Shown: piece after piece, positions 53,971 to 63,043 of the stretch
Numbering within the stretch: the stretch's first letter is position 1
Layout of the letters: the number at the start of each line of letters is the position of its first letter
Assembly: GCA_046732715.1 (NCBI GenBank)
Contig: JBKPNQ010000156.1
Span: 1,058-65,057 of the forward strand
DNA: 64,000 nt
DNA from: Acidobacteriota bacterium
Lineage (GTDB): Bacteria; Acidobacteriota; Vicinamibacteria; Vicinamibacterales; 2-12-FULL-66-21
Direction of reading: 5' to 3'
The notes under the pieces: model-generated
The model's input: the letters and a program-made list of their open reading frames with translations, nothing else
The model's database searches: none
What the model was told of the DNA's origin: nothing
Translations under genes and position numbers: made by a program

Positions 53971-54077
53971 GCTGCTGGCTGCTGGCTGCTGGCTGCTGGC
54001 TGCTGGCTGCTGGCGGAGACGAGATTCGCTGGAAAACTGGGAACTGGCAACTGGGAACTGGGAACTGGCAACTGGTT
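53971..54077. repeat. Two adjacent heptamer arrays: GCTGCTG x6 (perfect) and ACTGG(G/C)A x5 plus ACTGGTT
   Basis: Counted base by base: 53971-54012 and 54036-54077. The last unit overlaps the aminotransferase stop codon. TGGCAACTGGGAAC at 54045-54058 is identical to 4166-4179. Confidence 0.9.
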
Positions 54078-55200
54078 ACTTCTCGTTGAGTGCCGCGCGC
54101 AATTCAACCCCGATTCGGCGGAGGCCTTCGCGCAGGAAGGCCTCGTGACCTCCGAGCCAGATCCGCAAATATCCTTCGAGTCCGACGTGGGATCCTGGGA
54201 CGACGAGCGTATTCTGGCGGACTCGAATGCGTTCGGCGAGTTCGATGCTGGCGATGGGCGAGTCGTACTTGATCAGCGCAATCGCCCCGGCCTGCGGTTC
54301 CTGCCAGGTGACGCGGCCGCAGAAACTGTCGATCCACTGGCGGGCGATTGGCAGGTTGTGTCCGAGGATCTCGCGCGTCCGGGCGTAGCACCGGTCGCGA
54401 TTGATGCCTTCGACTGCCACCCGCGCGATTCGATCGGACATCTTGTTCGGCCCGATGGTCAGATAGTCGTGCTGCGTCCAGCAGTGTGAGGCGAGTTGCC
54501 CGGGCGCCACGATCCACCCGATCCGAATGCCCGGGATGCCGTACGCCTTCGACAGGCCGCTGGTCACGATGACGCGGTCGCTCAGGCCCCAAAAACTCTT
54601 CGTCCGCGGTCGATCGATCTCGGCCCCGAGATACACCTCGTCGGCTAACAGCCACGTGCTGGTCGACTCGCATCGGTCGACGATTCGGGCCATCGACGAC
54701 TCCGAAAGCACCGCTCCGGTCGGATTATTGGGATTGGAAAGATAGAGGAGGCGAGTGCCCGGTGCGACGGCACGCTCGAACTCCTCCCAGTCCGGATCCC
54801 AACCCTGATCCTGCCGAAGACGGAACGTGCGAACCTCAGCCCCCAGGCTCCGCGCGACGCCGGGCATCTGCATGTAGTTGGGCAATTGCATCGCGAAGCA
54901 ATCGCCGCCGTGCAGTTGGCTGAGCGCCACCAGGTAGTTTGCTTCCGACGTGCCGTTGGTGACCTCGATCTGGTCAATCGTCGTGCCTGGATACAGCGCC
55001 CTGATTCGTTCGCGAAGTTCGACGGTTCCGTTCGACTGGCTGTAACCAAGAGGCTGATCGAGGAACTCCTCCAGGTTGAATCCCATCTCGACGAGTTCAC
55101 GAAGTGTCAGCGGCCGCACGCCGCTTTCGCTCATGTCGTACTCGACGAGGTTTTCCCACGTCGACTGCATGCGCTCCATCTCGAACGGTTCTATCGGCAT
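54076..55200 (-). CDS. Pyridoxal-phosphate-dependent aminotransferase (class I/II)
   Basis: Start ATG 55200 (MPIEPFEMERMQS). PLP-lysine motif GLSKAYGIPGIRIGW. Confidence 0.85.
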   Translation of the reverse strand: MPIEPFEMERMQSTWENLVEYDMSESGVRPLTLRELVEMGFNLEEFLDQPLGYSQSNGTVELRERIRALYPGTTIDQIEVTNGTSEANYLVALSQLHGGDCFAMQLPNYMQMPGVARSLGAEVRTFRLRQDQGWDPDWEEFERAVAPGTRLLYLSNPNNPTGAVLSESSMARIVDRCESTSTWLLADEVYLGAEIDRPRTKSFWGLSDRVIVTSGLSKAYGIPGIRIGWIVAPGQLASHCWTQHDYLTIGPNKMSDRIARVAVEGINRDRCYARTREILGHNLPIARQWIDSFCGRVTWQEPQAGAIALIKYDSPIASIELAERIRVRQNTLVVPGSHVGLEGYLRIWLGGHEAFLREGLRRIGVELRAALNEK

Positions 55201-55217
55201 GTAGAGATCCTGGAGAT

Positions 55218-55370
55218 TGCGAAGAGAACGAAGTTCACAACGAAGGAACGAAGAAAACGAAGACGAACGAAGGTTTCTCTCGTAGGCAAAAAAAATACTG
55301 GTTTTCTTCGTTCGCCTCCGTTGACTTCGTTTCTTCGTTGTGAACTTCGTTTCCTTCGTAATCTTCGTCA
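55218..55370. repeat. Long imperfect inverted repeat built from ACGAAG-type words, loop with an A8 run
   Basis: Core AACGAAGTTCACAACGAAG(G)AACGAAG on the left arm matches the reverse complement of 55330-55358 at 27 of 28 positions. The central ~30 nt contain AAAAAAAA. Confidence 0.8.
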
Positions 55371-56342
55371 CTACCGAGCGGAGCGACCGCGCGCTTCTTC
55401 CCGGAATTCCTCCAGCCGCTCCGGATCGATGTTGCCGCCGCTGATGATGGCCACGGTCGGGCCTGGCACGCCAGCGCCGGCGAGCGCCGCGGCGACGCTG
55501 GCGGCGCCCGATGGTTCGACGACAATCCCCACCGACGACTCGAGCCACAGGACCGCGTCGATGATTTGACGATCCTCAACCGTCACCACGCTATCGACAT
55601 ATTGGTGGACGAGAGCGAACGTCAGGTCACCGGGGCGAACCGGCAGCAGCCCGTCGGCGATGCTGTCGGTTCGGTCCAGCGTCACCGGGTGTCCGGCCTC
55701 GAGGGACGATTTCATCTTCGCGGCACCGGCTGGCTCGACGCCAACCACCTTCACGTCTGGTCGCGACAGCTTGACTGCCGCGGCAACGCCTGCCGCGAGG
55801 CCGCCTCCGCCGATTGGCACGAGCACGGTCGCGACGTCTGGGCGTTGTTCGAGTATTTCCAGTCCGGCGGTGCCTTGTCCCGCGACAATCCACGGGTGAT
55901 CGAACGGCGGCACCATCGTCAGTCCTCGGGCGGCTGCTTCGGCCTCCGCCCGTAGACGACGATCGGTTGAGGTCGTCCCAGCGAAGATTACTTCCGCCCC
56001 GAATCCTTTCACCCCTTCGATCTTGACCCTCGGCGCCGTGGTGGGCATGACGACGACGGCCGGAGCGCCCAGTTCGCGTGCGGCGAGGGCCATGGCCTGT
56101 CCGTGGTTGCCCGAGGAATAGGTGATGACACCCCGGCGTCGCTCGTCGCGGCTCAGCTGCGCGACCATGTTGTACGCGCCGCGTATTTTGAACGCACCGC
56201 CCGGCTGCTGACTTTCGCACTTCAGCAGAAGCGTTCGGCCCGCGTGCGACGACACATCTAGCAGCTCCGTCAATCGCGCGATTCGCGAGACGCGCGCCGA
56301 GGCGGCGCGAATGTCGTCAAGGGTGATGGGTTCGGTGTGCAT
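55371..56342 (-). CDS. Threonine/serine dehydratase (PLP-dependent, no ACT regulatory domain)
   Basis: PLP-lysine motif GGAFKIRGAYN. GNHGQA. Gly-rich loop GGGGL. Confidence 0.85.
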   Translation of the reverse strand: MHTEPITLDDIRAASARVSRIARLTELLDVSSHAGRTLLLKCESQQPGGAFKIRGAYNMVAQLSRDERRRGVITYSSGNHGQAMALAARELGAPAVVVMPTTAPRVKIEGVKGFGAEVIFAGTTSTDRRLRAEAEAAARGLTMVPPFDHPWIVAGQGTAGLEILEQRPDVATVLVPIGGGGLAAGVAAAVKLSRPDVKVVGVEPAGAAKMKSSLEAGHPVTLDRTDSIADGLLPVRPGDLTFALVHQYVDSVVTVEDRQIIDAVLWLESSVGIVVEPSGAASVAAALAGAGVPGPTVAIISGGNIDPERLEEFREEARGRSAR

Positions 56343-56437
56343 GCCAGTAAAAAGGGAAGGATATCAATTCTATACCTCGGCGGTTGCGCATGGCCCGCGC
56401 GTTGCACGCGTCATCGCTTACAGGCATCGGAGGGAAC

Positions 56438-57457
56438 ATGGCAGTGATGAGGCGAAAGTGGAAACCGAAGAGATTGCGCGATCAGGTGATCATCATCACG
56501 GGCGCGTCGAGCGGGATCGGTCTGGCGACGGCGCGGATGGCAGCCGCGCGCGGAGCCCGCGTGGTGCTGACGTCGCGGAATGAACGGGATCTCCGAGTTG
56601 CCGTCGAAGAGATTCACGTGCGCGGCGGCCGGGCGACGCACGTCGTCGCCGACGTCGCGGTGCCAGAAGAAATGGATCGCGTCGCCGACATCGCGTTCCG
56701 AGAGTTCGGGGCGTTCGACACGTGGGTCAACAATGCCGGCATTTCTATCTACGGCCGGCTGACCGACGTCCCGATGGACGACAAGCGGCGGCTGTTTGAC
56801 ACGAATTTCTGGGGCGTGGTCAACGGTTGCCGGACGGCGGTTCGTCATTTCGCCAATCATGGCGGCACCATTGTCAACATTGGCAGCGTCGTCTCCGACC
56901 GGGCGATCCCCCTGCAGGGGATGTATTCGGCGTCCAAGCATGCCGTGCTGGGTTACACGGATGCGCTTCGGATGGAGCTCGAGCACGATGGGTTGCCGAT
57001 TCATGTCACGCTTGTCAAGCCGGCGTCGATCAACACGCCGTTCGTCGAGCACGCGCGCAACTACATGCCCGAGGCGCCGACGTTCCCACCGCCGGTGTAC
57101 GCCCCTGAGGTCGTCGCTCGCGCGATTCTCCGTTGTGCGGAGCGCCGCGTTCGAGAGATCACCGTTGGCGCAGGCGGTGGGATGATCGCCGCCATCGGAC
57201 GTCTGGCGCCGCGCACGACGGACATGCTGATGGAGCGCACGCTCTATGATCAGCAGAAAGACAAGACTGGAAAGATCCAATCGCTTGATAGCCTGTATCG
57301 TCCGACCCGGGATGGATTGGCCGTCGGTCCGTACGATGGTCATGTGAGGAGAACGAGCTTCTCTACGAGAATGGTTCTGTCGAACGTGACGCGGGCATTG
57401 CCATTCCTCGCCGCCGGTGCGGTGCTGGCCGCGAGCGCGCGGTGGAATACTGAATAG
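56438..57457 (+). CDS. SDR family oxidoreductase with C-terminal extension
   Basis: SD GGAGGGA before ATG 56438. TGASSGIGLATA. Catalytic YSASKHAV. Confidence 0.85.
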   Translation: MAVMRRKWKPKRLRDQVIIITGASSGIGLATARMAAARGARVVLTSRNERDLRVAVEEIHVRGGRATHVVADVAVPEEMDRVADIAFREFGAFDTWVNNAGISIYGRLTDVPMDDKRRLFDTNFWGVVNGCRTAVRHFANHGGTIVNIGSVVSDRAIPLQGMYSASKHAVLGYTDALRMELEHDGLPIHVTLVKPASINTPFVEHARNYMPEAPTFPPPVYAPEVVARAILRCAERRVREITVGAGGGMIAAIGRLAPRTTDMLMERTLYDQQKDKTGKIQSLDSLYRPTRDGLAVGPYDGHVRRTSFSTRMVLSNVTRALPFLAAGAVLAASARWNTE

Positions 57458-57632
57458 TTCCGGGACCCGGGTCCGGCCCTCCTTCGCGGCTATGTGGCCA
57501 CGAAGGGCAACCTTCGCGCGACTTGCCAGCCATAGCTCACGCTCCGTGGCAGGCAAGCGTAAGCAAAGGTTGGCGGCGATTCGCGCCTCGCGGGAGAACT
57601 CGGAGGCGACGAAAGGCCTGTAAGATGACGCG

Positions 57633-59897
57633 ATGAGAGTCGCGCTGGGTGCCGCGCTTGTTGCAATTCTGGCCGTTACGCCGGCGCGTCCTCCGCAGTC
57701 ATCGGCGCCGTTCGTTCCGATTGGGGTCTGGTACGGCGGCGGGACGACGCGCGCGCCGATGGTTTCCCGAAATCCTGCAGCGGAACGCGAGGGCTGGCGC
57801 CGCGATCTCGCGGCGATCAAATCGCTGGGATTCAACAGCGTCAAGACATGGGTGGACTGGGCAGCCGCAGAGCCGGAGCGCGGACGGTATCGCTTTGATG
57901 CGCTAGAACAGCTGCTGACGCTTGCCGATGAAGCCGGCTTGCGCGTCATCGTTCAGATTTACACCGACGCCGCGCCCGAGTGGCTGGGGACACGTTATCC
58001 GGATTCGAGCTTCGTGACCGATCAGGGCGCGCGCATCGGCTCCCAGGCTTCACCCGGCTACTGCCTCGATCACGCAGGCGTGCGAGCGGACATGGTCGCA
58101 TTCATCGGTGCGGCGACCAGCGCAGCGGCGCGACACCCGTCGTTCTACGCCGTGGACGTGTGGAGCGAACCTCACGTCGTCAACTGGGTCTGGTTCAATA
58201 CGCCGGTCGAGTTCTGCTACTGCCCGCACACCCAGGCGCGTTTTCGCGAGTGGTTGAAACGGAAATATCAGTCGCTCGACGCGGTCAACCGCGCCTGGTA
58301 CCGGACGTTCTCGTCGTGGGATCAGATTGAACCGCCGCGCTTCGGGACCATTCTGTCCTACAGCGATTTCATCGACTGGAAAACCTTCATCGCCAACAAG
58401 CTGGCAGAGGATCTGCGGTTGAAGGCCGATGCGTCCGTCGCTCGCGGTCCTCGTCCGGTTTCGAGCCACTCGGACGCACCAGCCATCATGCTCAGTCCGC
58501 TTTCCGGTTTTGGCAATCCGGACGACTGGTGGATGACGCGGTCGGTTGACTACTACGGCACGTCGATCTACCCGAAGCACGCGGCGGCTGCGACGCCGTG
58601 GTCGCCGGTGCGGCTGACGTCGGCGCTCGACGGGATTCGATCGGCCTCTGGCGATCGCGGCTGGTGGATTGGTGAACTTCAGGCGGGACAGGGCGCAACC
58701 GGTGTTCGTGTGGCCGCACCAGTCACGGGGGCCGATCTTCGACTCTGGGGATGGGCGGCGATCTCGCGAGGCGCGCGGGCGATCTCCTACTACGCCTGGT
58801 ATCCCATGAGCTCGGGATACGAATCGAACGGCTACGGCATGATCGATCTCGACGGAACGATCACCGATCGCGCACGGATCGCCGGTGACTTTGCCGGCGT
58901 CGTCGGTCGCAACGCCGCATTGTTCGCGCCACTTCGGCCACACCCGTCGCGCGTGGCGATTCTTTACAACCGAATGTCCTATCTCGTCGGCGGCAACACG
59001 GTTGCGCCCGGCACGGTCGTGCGGAACTCGATGCTCGGCATCTACCGCGCGTTGTTCGAACAGAACGTCCAGGTTGATTTCATCCATCCGGACGACGTGG
59101 TGGCCGGCGGAGCCTCCAAGTACAGCGTCGTTTACCTGAGTTATCCCCTCATGCTGCACCAGCCCGTCGTCGAAGCGCTGAAGGCATATGTGAAAGGCGG
59201 TGGCACGCTCATCAGCGAGGCCCGTCCAGCGTGGAACGACGAGCGCGGGCTCGCCAACGCTCGAATTCCTGGGGGCGGGCTGGATCAGACGTTTGGCGCC
59301 CGTGAGCGCGAGCTCCGATCGGGTGAGTCCATCGCGTTCACCATGGACAAGTCGCTCGATGGCGCGCTTGGACCGCTTGCCGGACGAAGCTTCAACGGCG
59401 TCGGGTTTGCCGAGCACCTCGACGTCAGCGAGGGAGCGCGGGTGCTCGCTCGCTTTTCGGGTGAGGGAGCGGGACCTGGCGCTCCGGCAATCGTAGAGAC
59501 GCGGCAAGGCGCCGGACGCGCCATCCTGATTGGCACATTTCCCTCGGCGGCGTTCGAGCAGGATCCGGAAAAGATGCGCCCAACCGGACAATTCCTCCAG
59601 CAGCTGATCGCCAGCGTCGGTGTTGCACCGGAGATCCGCATCGATGGTGCAGCCGGACGCGTCGAGGCGCGATTCCTCGAGTCTCCCGACGCCATCGTCC
59701 TCATTGCCATCAATCACGGAGAGAGCGTCGAGCGCGTGACACTCAGGTTTGCCCCGGATGTCCCCGAAGCGATTTGGCAGAACATGGAAACCGGAGCATC
59801 CGTCAACTTCGTCCAGGGCGCGGACGGACCAACCTACACGCACACCTTCGCCGCCCGCGACGCGATGGTGCTCGTGAGGGGGAAGAGGCTGCGGTAG
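57633..59897 (+). CDS. Beta-galactosidase-like glycoside hydrolase (GH42-like)
   Basis: Signal peptide. VKTWVDWAAAEPERGRYRFDALEQLL... N-terminal TIM-barrel pattern. Middle trimerisation-like segment VAILYN. Confidence 0.7.
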   Translation: MRVALGAALVAILAVTPARPPQSSAPFVPIGVWYGGGTTRAPMVSRNPAAEREGWRRDLAAIKSLGFNSVKTWVDWAAAEPERGRYRFDALEQLLTLADEAGLRVIVQIYTDAAPEWLGTRYPDSSFVTDQGARIGSQASPGYCLDHAGVRADMVAFIGAATSAAARHPSFYAVDVWSEPHVVNWVWFNTPVEFCYCPHTQARFREWLKRKYQSLDAVNRAWYRTFSSWDQIEPPRFGTILSYSDFIDWKTFIANKLAEDLRLKADASVARGPRPVSSHSDAPAIMLSPLSGFGNPDDWWMTRSVDYYGTSIYPKHAAAATPWSPVRLTSALDGIRSASGDRGWWIGELQAGQGATGVRVAAPVTGADLRLWGWAAISRGARAISYYAWYPMSSGYESNGYGMIDLDGTITDRARIAGDFAGVVGRNAALFAPLRPHPSRVAILYNRMSYLVGGNTVAPGTVVRNSMLGIYRALFEQNVQVDFIHPDDVVAGGASKYSVVYLSYPLMLHQPVVEALKAYVKGGGTLISEARPAWNDERGLANARIPGGGLDQTFGARERELRSGESIAFTMDKSLDGALGPLAGRSFNGVGFAEHLDVSEGARVLARFSGEGAGPGAPAIVETRQGAGRAILIGTFPSAAFEQDPEKMRPTGQFLQQLIASVGVAPEIRIDGAAGRVEARFLESPDAIVLIAINHGESVERVTLRFAPDVPEAIWQNMETGASVNFVQGADGPTYTHTFAARDAMVLVRGKRLR

Positions 59898-59941
59898 TTT
59901 CTCGCGGCTCGCCGCCACTTCGCGTTGCGCGTATGTGACAG

Positions 59942-60511
59942 ATGATTGCGTTGCGGCTCTTCGATCCGAGTCGAACTCCAACGGACTGGACGGAGATCAT
60001 CCGGCCGGGCCAGTACGTTGCGTTCGCAAAAACGCTCGATACGGGCGCACCATGCGACGCCGAGGGTGGCACCTTTCCAGAAATCGAAGCTGCGACGTGC
60101 TTACTGTTCGACAATCTGTCGGAAGCAGAAAGATTCTGCAGACGGCAGGCCGGGCGTGCGTTAGACGTCAGATTCGAGATCTTCGATTCGACCGGACGTG
60201 CCAATCCACCGCTCTTGGTGGTTGTTCATCCGTCGAAAGTCGCGAAGCTCGAAGGGAACCCGCGCGGGATGATGCTCCGGACGGCGGCGGCCACTGCGAT
60301 GCTATTTGCAGCAGCTGTGGCATTCTGGTACGACTTCACGCATGGACCGAGCGCGCGATTCTTCCCGACGCTCCTCGGAATGAACCTCGTTGTCGTCGCC
60401 GCACGGTTATTTCAATTGAACAATTCGTATCAGCACGCCGAACGCGTACGAAAGGAGCGTCTTGCTGAGCATCAGAAGTCGCAGGAATATCTCGCCGGTC
60501 TCGAGCATTGA
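59942..60511 (+). CDS. Hypothetical membrane protein
   Basis: 189-aa ORF with coding-like composition. Two hydrophobic helices in the C-terminal half. No recognisable motifs. Confidence 0.45.
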   Translation: MIALRLFDPSRTPTDWTEIIRPGQYVAFAKTLDTGAPCDAEGGTFPEIEAATCLLFDNLSEAERFCRRQAGRALDVRFEIFDSTGRANPPLLVVVHPSKVAKLEGNPRGMMLRTAAATAMLFAAAVAFWYDFTHGPSARFFPTLLGMNLVVVAARLFQLNNSYQHAERVRKERLAEHQKSQEYLAGLEH

Positions 60512-60544
60512 TCGCGAGCCGCGAACTCCGCATCCGAACCGCGA

Positions 60545-61075
60545 TTAAGGGACGTCAATCGCCATCGGCACGACGACGGTTCCCCAGTGAAGGACCAGCT
60601 CGGCTTTGTTGCCGTCGACGACGGGGAAGTAGAAGGCAAGTGTCTCCATGTGGGTGCCCTGACGGGGCGTCGCCTGTACGCGCAGCACGTCCTGGTCAGC
60701 CGGATACCGCGTGTGAAACACCGGCTGGGCTCGGTTGAAGATCATCGCCCAGTGTTCGGCGCCTGGCTCTGCCCACAGGGAGTAGGTGCCGGAGGCGAGC
60801 GTTTGCCCGTTGATCTTGACGTCGGTCGAGAGCTGAATCGTCGTGCAGTAGTCGGCGCCAGGACACCAGACGCGACCGTACGGAACGAGCGAGCCGAAGA
60901 GCGTTCGACCGCGCGCCACGGGACGGTTGTACTCGATCGTGATCGTCGTGCCGGCCACCTGCTGGCTGACCGTGCCGTGCTGGCTCGGCTTGGGCGCCTG
61001 TGCCCAGCCCGGCGTCCTCAGCGCGAACACCGTGAACGCAGCAGCGATGACGACGACCGATGCAATGGTCTTCAT
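60545..61075 (-). CDS. DUF2911 domain-containing secreted protein
   Basis: Signal peptide. YNRPVARGRTLFGSLVPYGRVWCPGA...ASGTYSLW pattern. Confidence 0.7.
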   Translation of the reverse strand: MKTIASVVVIAAAFTVFALRTPGWAQAPKPSQHGTVSQQVAGTTITIEYNRPVARGRTLFGSLVPYGRVWCPGADYCTTIQLSTDVKINGQTLASGTYSLWAEPGAEHWAMIFNRAQPVFHTRYPADQDVLRVQATPRQGTHMETLAFYFPVVDGNKAELVLHWGTVVVPMAIDVP

Positions 61076-61086
61076 GGATGGAACCT

Positions 61087-61581
61087 TTAGCGCAGTGCCT
61101 TGCTGAAGAAGAGATCATGATCCCCGGGTGGCTCGAATCCCGCGAGCCTGACCGCGAGCGCGATCTGCGCCCAGTGGCGGGTCTCGTGGAGCAGAATGTG
61201 AAAGAGCAGCTTTCGCGGCGTCATCGACCATTGTTGTTCCCGGACTTCGATACTCCGCACCGTATCCCCGTCGTCCTCATCGAGGTCGGCGACGAACTGC
61301 TCGAGCTCGCGGCGAACGGAGGCGCCGTAATCAAAGAGCGGCGCGACATTGTTGCCGGTCAACCCCGTGCTCTCGGACGGCCGCTGGGCGGTGAGCCGCT
61401 GCAGGTGACGGCGTTCGACGAGAAAGATGTGATCGATCAGCCTGCCCACCGTGGGAAGGCGGCCTCCCGGCTGCACCGGGGCGTCGAGCGCCGCGGAGTG
61501 ATCGCCGAGCCACGCGCGCCACTTGTCCCGTTCGCCATTCGTGTAGCGCAGCATTTCGTCGAAGGCGATGGCGAGCGGCAT
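61087..61581 (-). CDS. DinB family protein (paralogue 3)
   Basis: HIFLVERRHL and LLHETRHWAQIA His motifs. 2 nt after the upstream M16 gene's stop. Confidence 0.7.
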   Translation of the reverse strand: MPLAIAFDEMLRYTNGERDKWRAWLGDHSAALDAPVQPGGRLPTVGRLIDHIFLVERRHLQRLTAQRPSESTGLTGNNVAPLFDYGASVRRELEQFVADLDEDDGDTVRSIEVREQQWSMTPRKLLFHILLHETRHWAQIALAVRLAGFEPPGDHDLFFSKALR

Positions 61582-61583
61582 GG

Positions 61584-63038
61584 CTACTTCATCACCTCGG
61601 AGGTTTCGACAATCTTGATCGGCCCGAGGTTCAGAGCTTTGACTCCAGGTTCGATGACCTTGCGATCGCCGACGATGACGACGGCGAACTTGTCCGGCTG
61701 AATGTACCGCTCGGCGGCGGTGTGGACGTCGGCGGGCGTGACGCCGCGCACGTGCTCGGTGAAGGTCGAGAAGTAATCCGACGGCAGGTTATGGATGAAC
61801 GCCGTCGCCAGCGACCCCGCCATGCTCTCGGTAGTTTCGAAGTTGCGCGGCATGAGCAGCGCGAAGTAGTTCTTCGCCTTCTCGACCTCGTCCGCCGCGA
61901 TTGGCTTGCGAATCCCATCGAGCTCCTTGAAGAATTCCGTGAGCGCTTCTGCCGTCTTGTCCGTTTGAACGCCGGCGGCAGCGTAGAACGGTCCGGCGCT
62001 GCGCCGCATGTCGAATACGGACGACGCGCCGTAGGCATAGCCATGCGCTTCACGCAGGTTTTGGTTCAGGCGGGACGTGAACGAGCCGCCGAGAATCGTG
62101 TTCAGGACGCGAAGGGCGAAGTAGTCCGGAGTCGAACGTGGTACGCCAATCCAGCCGATCCTGATCTGCGACTGCGCCGCGCCAGGCTTGTCGATGAGAT
62201 ACACCTGTCGTGTCGTTAATTGCGGCGCGGCCGGGACGGTGATGGCAGCCGGCGCGGTTCCTTTCCATGTGCCGAACACCGTTTCGAGTCGTGCGATCGC
62301 ATTCGCCGCGGTGATGTCGCCTGTCACGATCAGTCCGGCGTTCGACGGGACGTAGTTCTGTGCGTGGAATTGGCGGAGGTCCGCGATCGCGAAGCTCTTC
62401 ACCGCCGCGGCCGTGCCGATCGACAACGTGCCATATCGATGCTGCGGCCCGTAGACGAGTCGAGGAAACGCGAATTCGATCAGTGATTCCGGGTCGTCCT
62501 CGGCCTGGATCAGCGATGTCAGCAGCTCCTCGCGAACGCGCTGCAGCTCTTCCTGCGGAAACGTCGGTCGCAGGGCGACGTCGGCCATGATCGGAAGCGC
62601 ATCGCCGAGACGAGCGACCGGCACGTGCAATTCCACATACGACGCGTCGGACGTGCTGGAGGTCGAGAGATTCGCACCGAGATAGTCGACGGCGTCAGCA
62701 ATCTGGAGCGCGTTTCGGCTGCCTGCGCCTTCGTCGAGCATCTCGGCCGCCAGGTCGGCAAGCCCGAATTTGCCACGGGGGTCGGCGGCGGAACCCGATT
62801 TGACGATGAGCGAGACGTGGACGACGGGCACCTTGTGCAGCTCGACGATCCAGACCGGCAAACCGTTGGAGAGGGTCCGCTTCTCAATCGGCGGCAGCTT
62901 CAGCGCGGGTGGTGGTCCTGGCTTTGGTGCCACGGAGCGATCCGGTGCCTGCTGTTTCGCCGTCACGGACGGGGGCTGGAGCCCCGGGCTGATGGCGAGA
63001 ACGACCACGAGCAGAGCGCATGATGCCGGCGATTTCAT
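61584..63038 (-). CDS. M16 (pitrilysin) family peptidase subunit lacking the HxxEH motif (likely non-catalytic)
   Basis: Signal peptide. M16 N- and C-domain layout. The position of HxxEH reads LADLAAEML. Confidence 0.8.
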   Translation of the reverse strand: MKSPASCALLVVVLAISPGLQPPSVTAKQQAPDRSVAPKPGPPPALKLPPIEKRTLSNGLPVWIVELHKVPVVHVSLIVKSGSAADPRGKFGLADLAAEMLDEGAGSRNALQIADAVDYLGANLSTSSTSDASYVELHVPVARLGDALPIMADVALRPTFPQEELQRVREELLTSLIQAEDDPESLIEFAFPRLVYGPQHRYGTLSIGTAAAVKSFAIADLRQFHAQNYVPSNAGLIVTGDITAANAIARLETVFGTWKGTAPAAITVPAAPQLTTRQVYLIDKPGAAQSQIRIGWIGVPRSTPDYFALRVLNTILGGSFTSRLNQNLREAHGYAYGASSVFDMRRSAGPFYAAAGVQTDKTAEALTEFFKELDGIRKPIAADEVEKAKNYFALLMPRNFETTESMAGSLATAFIHNLPSDYFSTFTEHVRGVTPADVHTAAERYIQPDKFAVVIVGDRKVIEPGVKALNLGPIKIVETSEVMK

Positions 63039-63043
63039 GACGT

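Noticed and set aside
53895-54148. Two short plus-strand ORFs translating the heptamer arrays (…LLAAGCWLLAAGCW…, …GNWQLGTGNWQL…)
   Set aside because: The periodic peptide is just the translation of 7-nt repeats. There is no SD or start context, and they lie between two minus-strand genes.
58050-59981. 643-aa ORF on the minus strand opposite the GH42-like gene
   Set aside because: Shadow ORF with no recognisable motifs. It overlaps a well-supported plus-strand gene.
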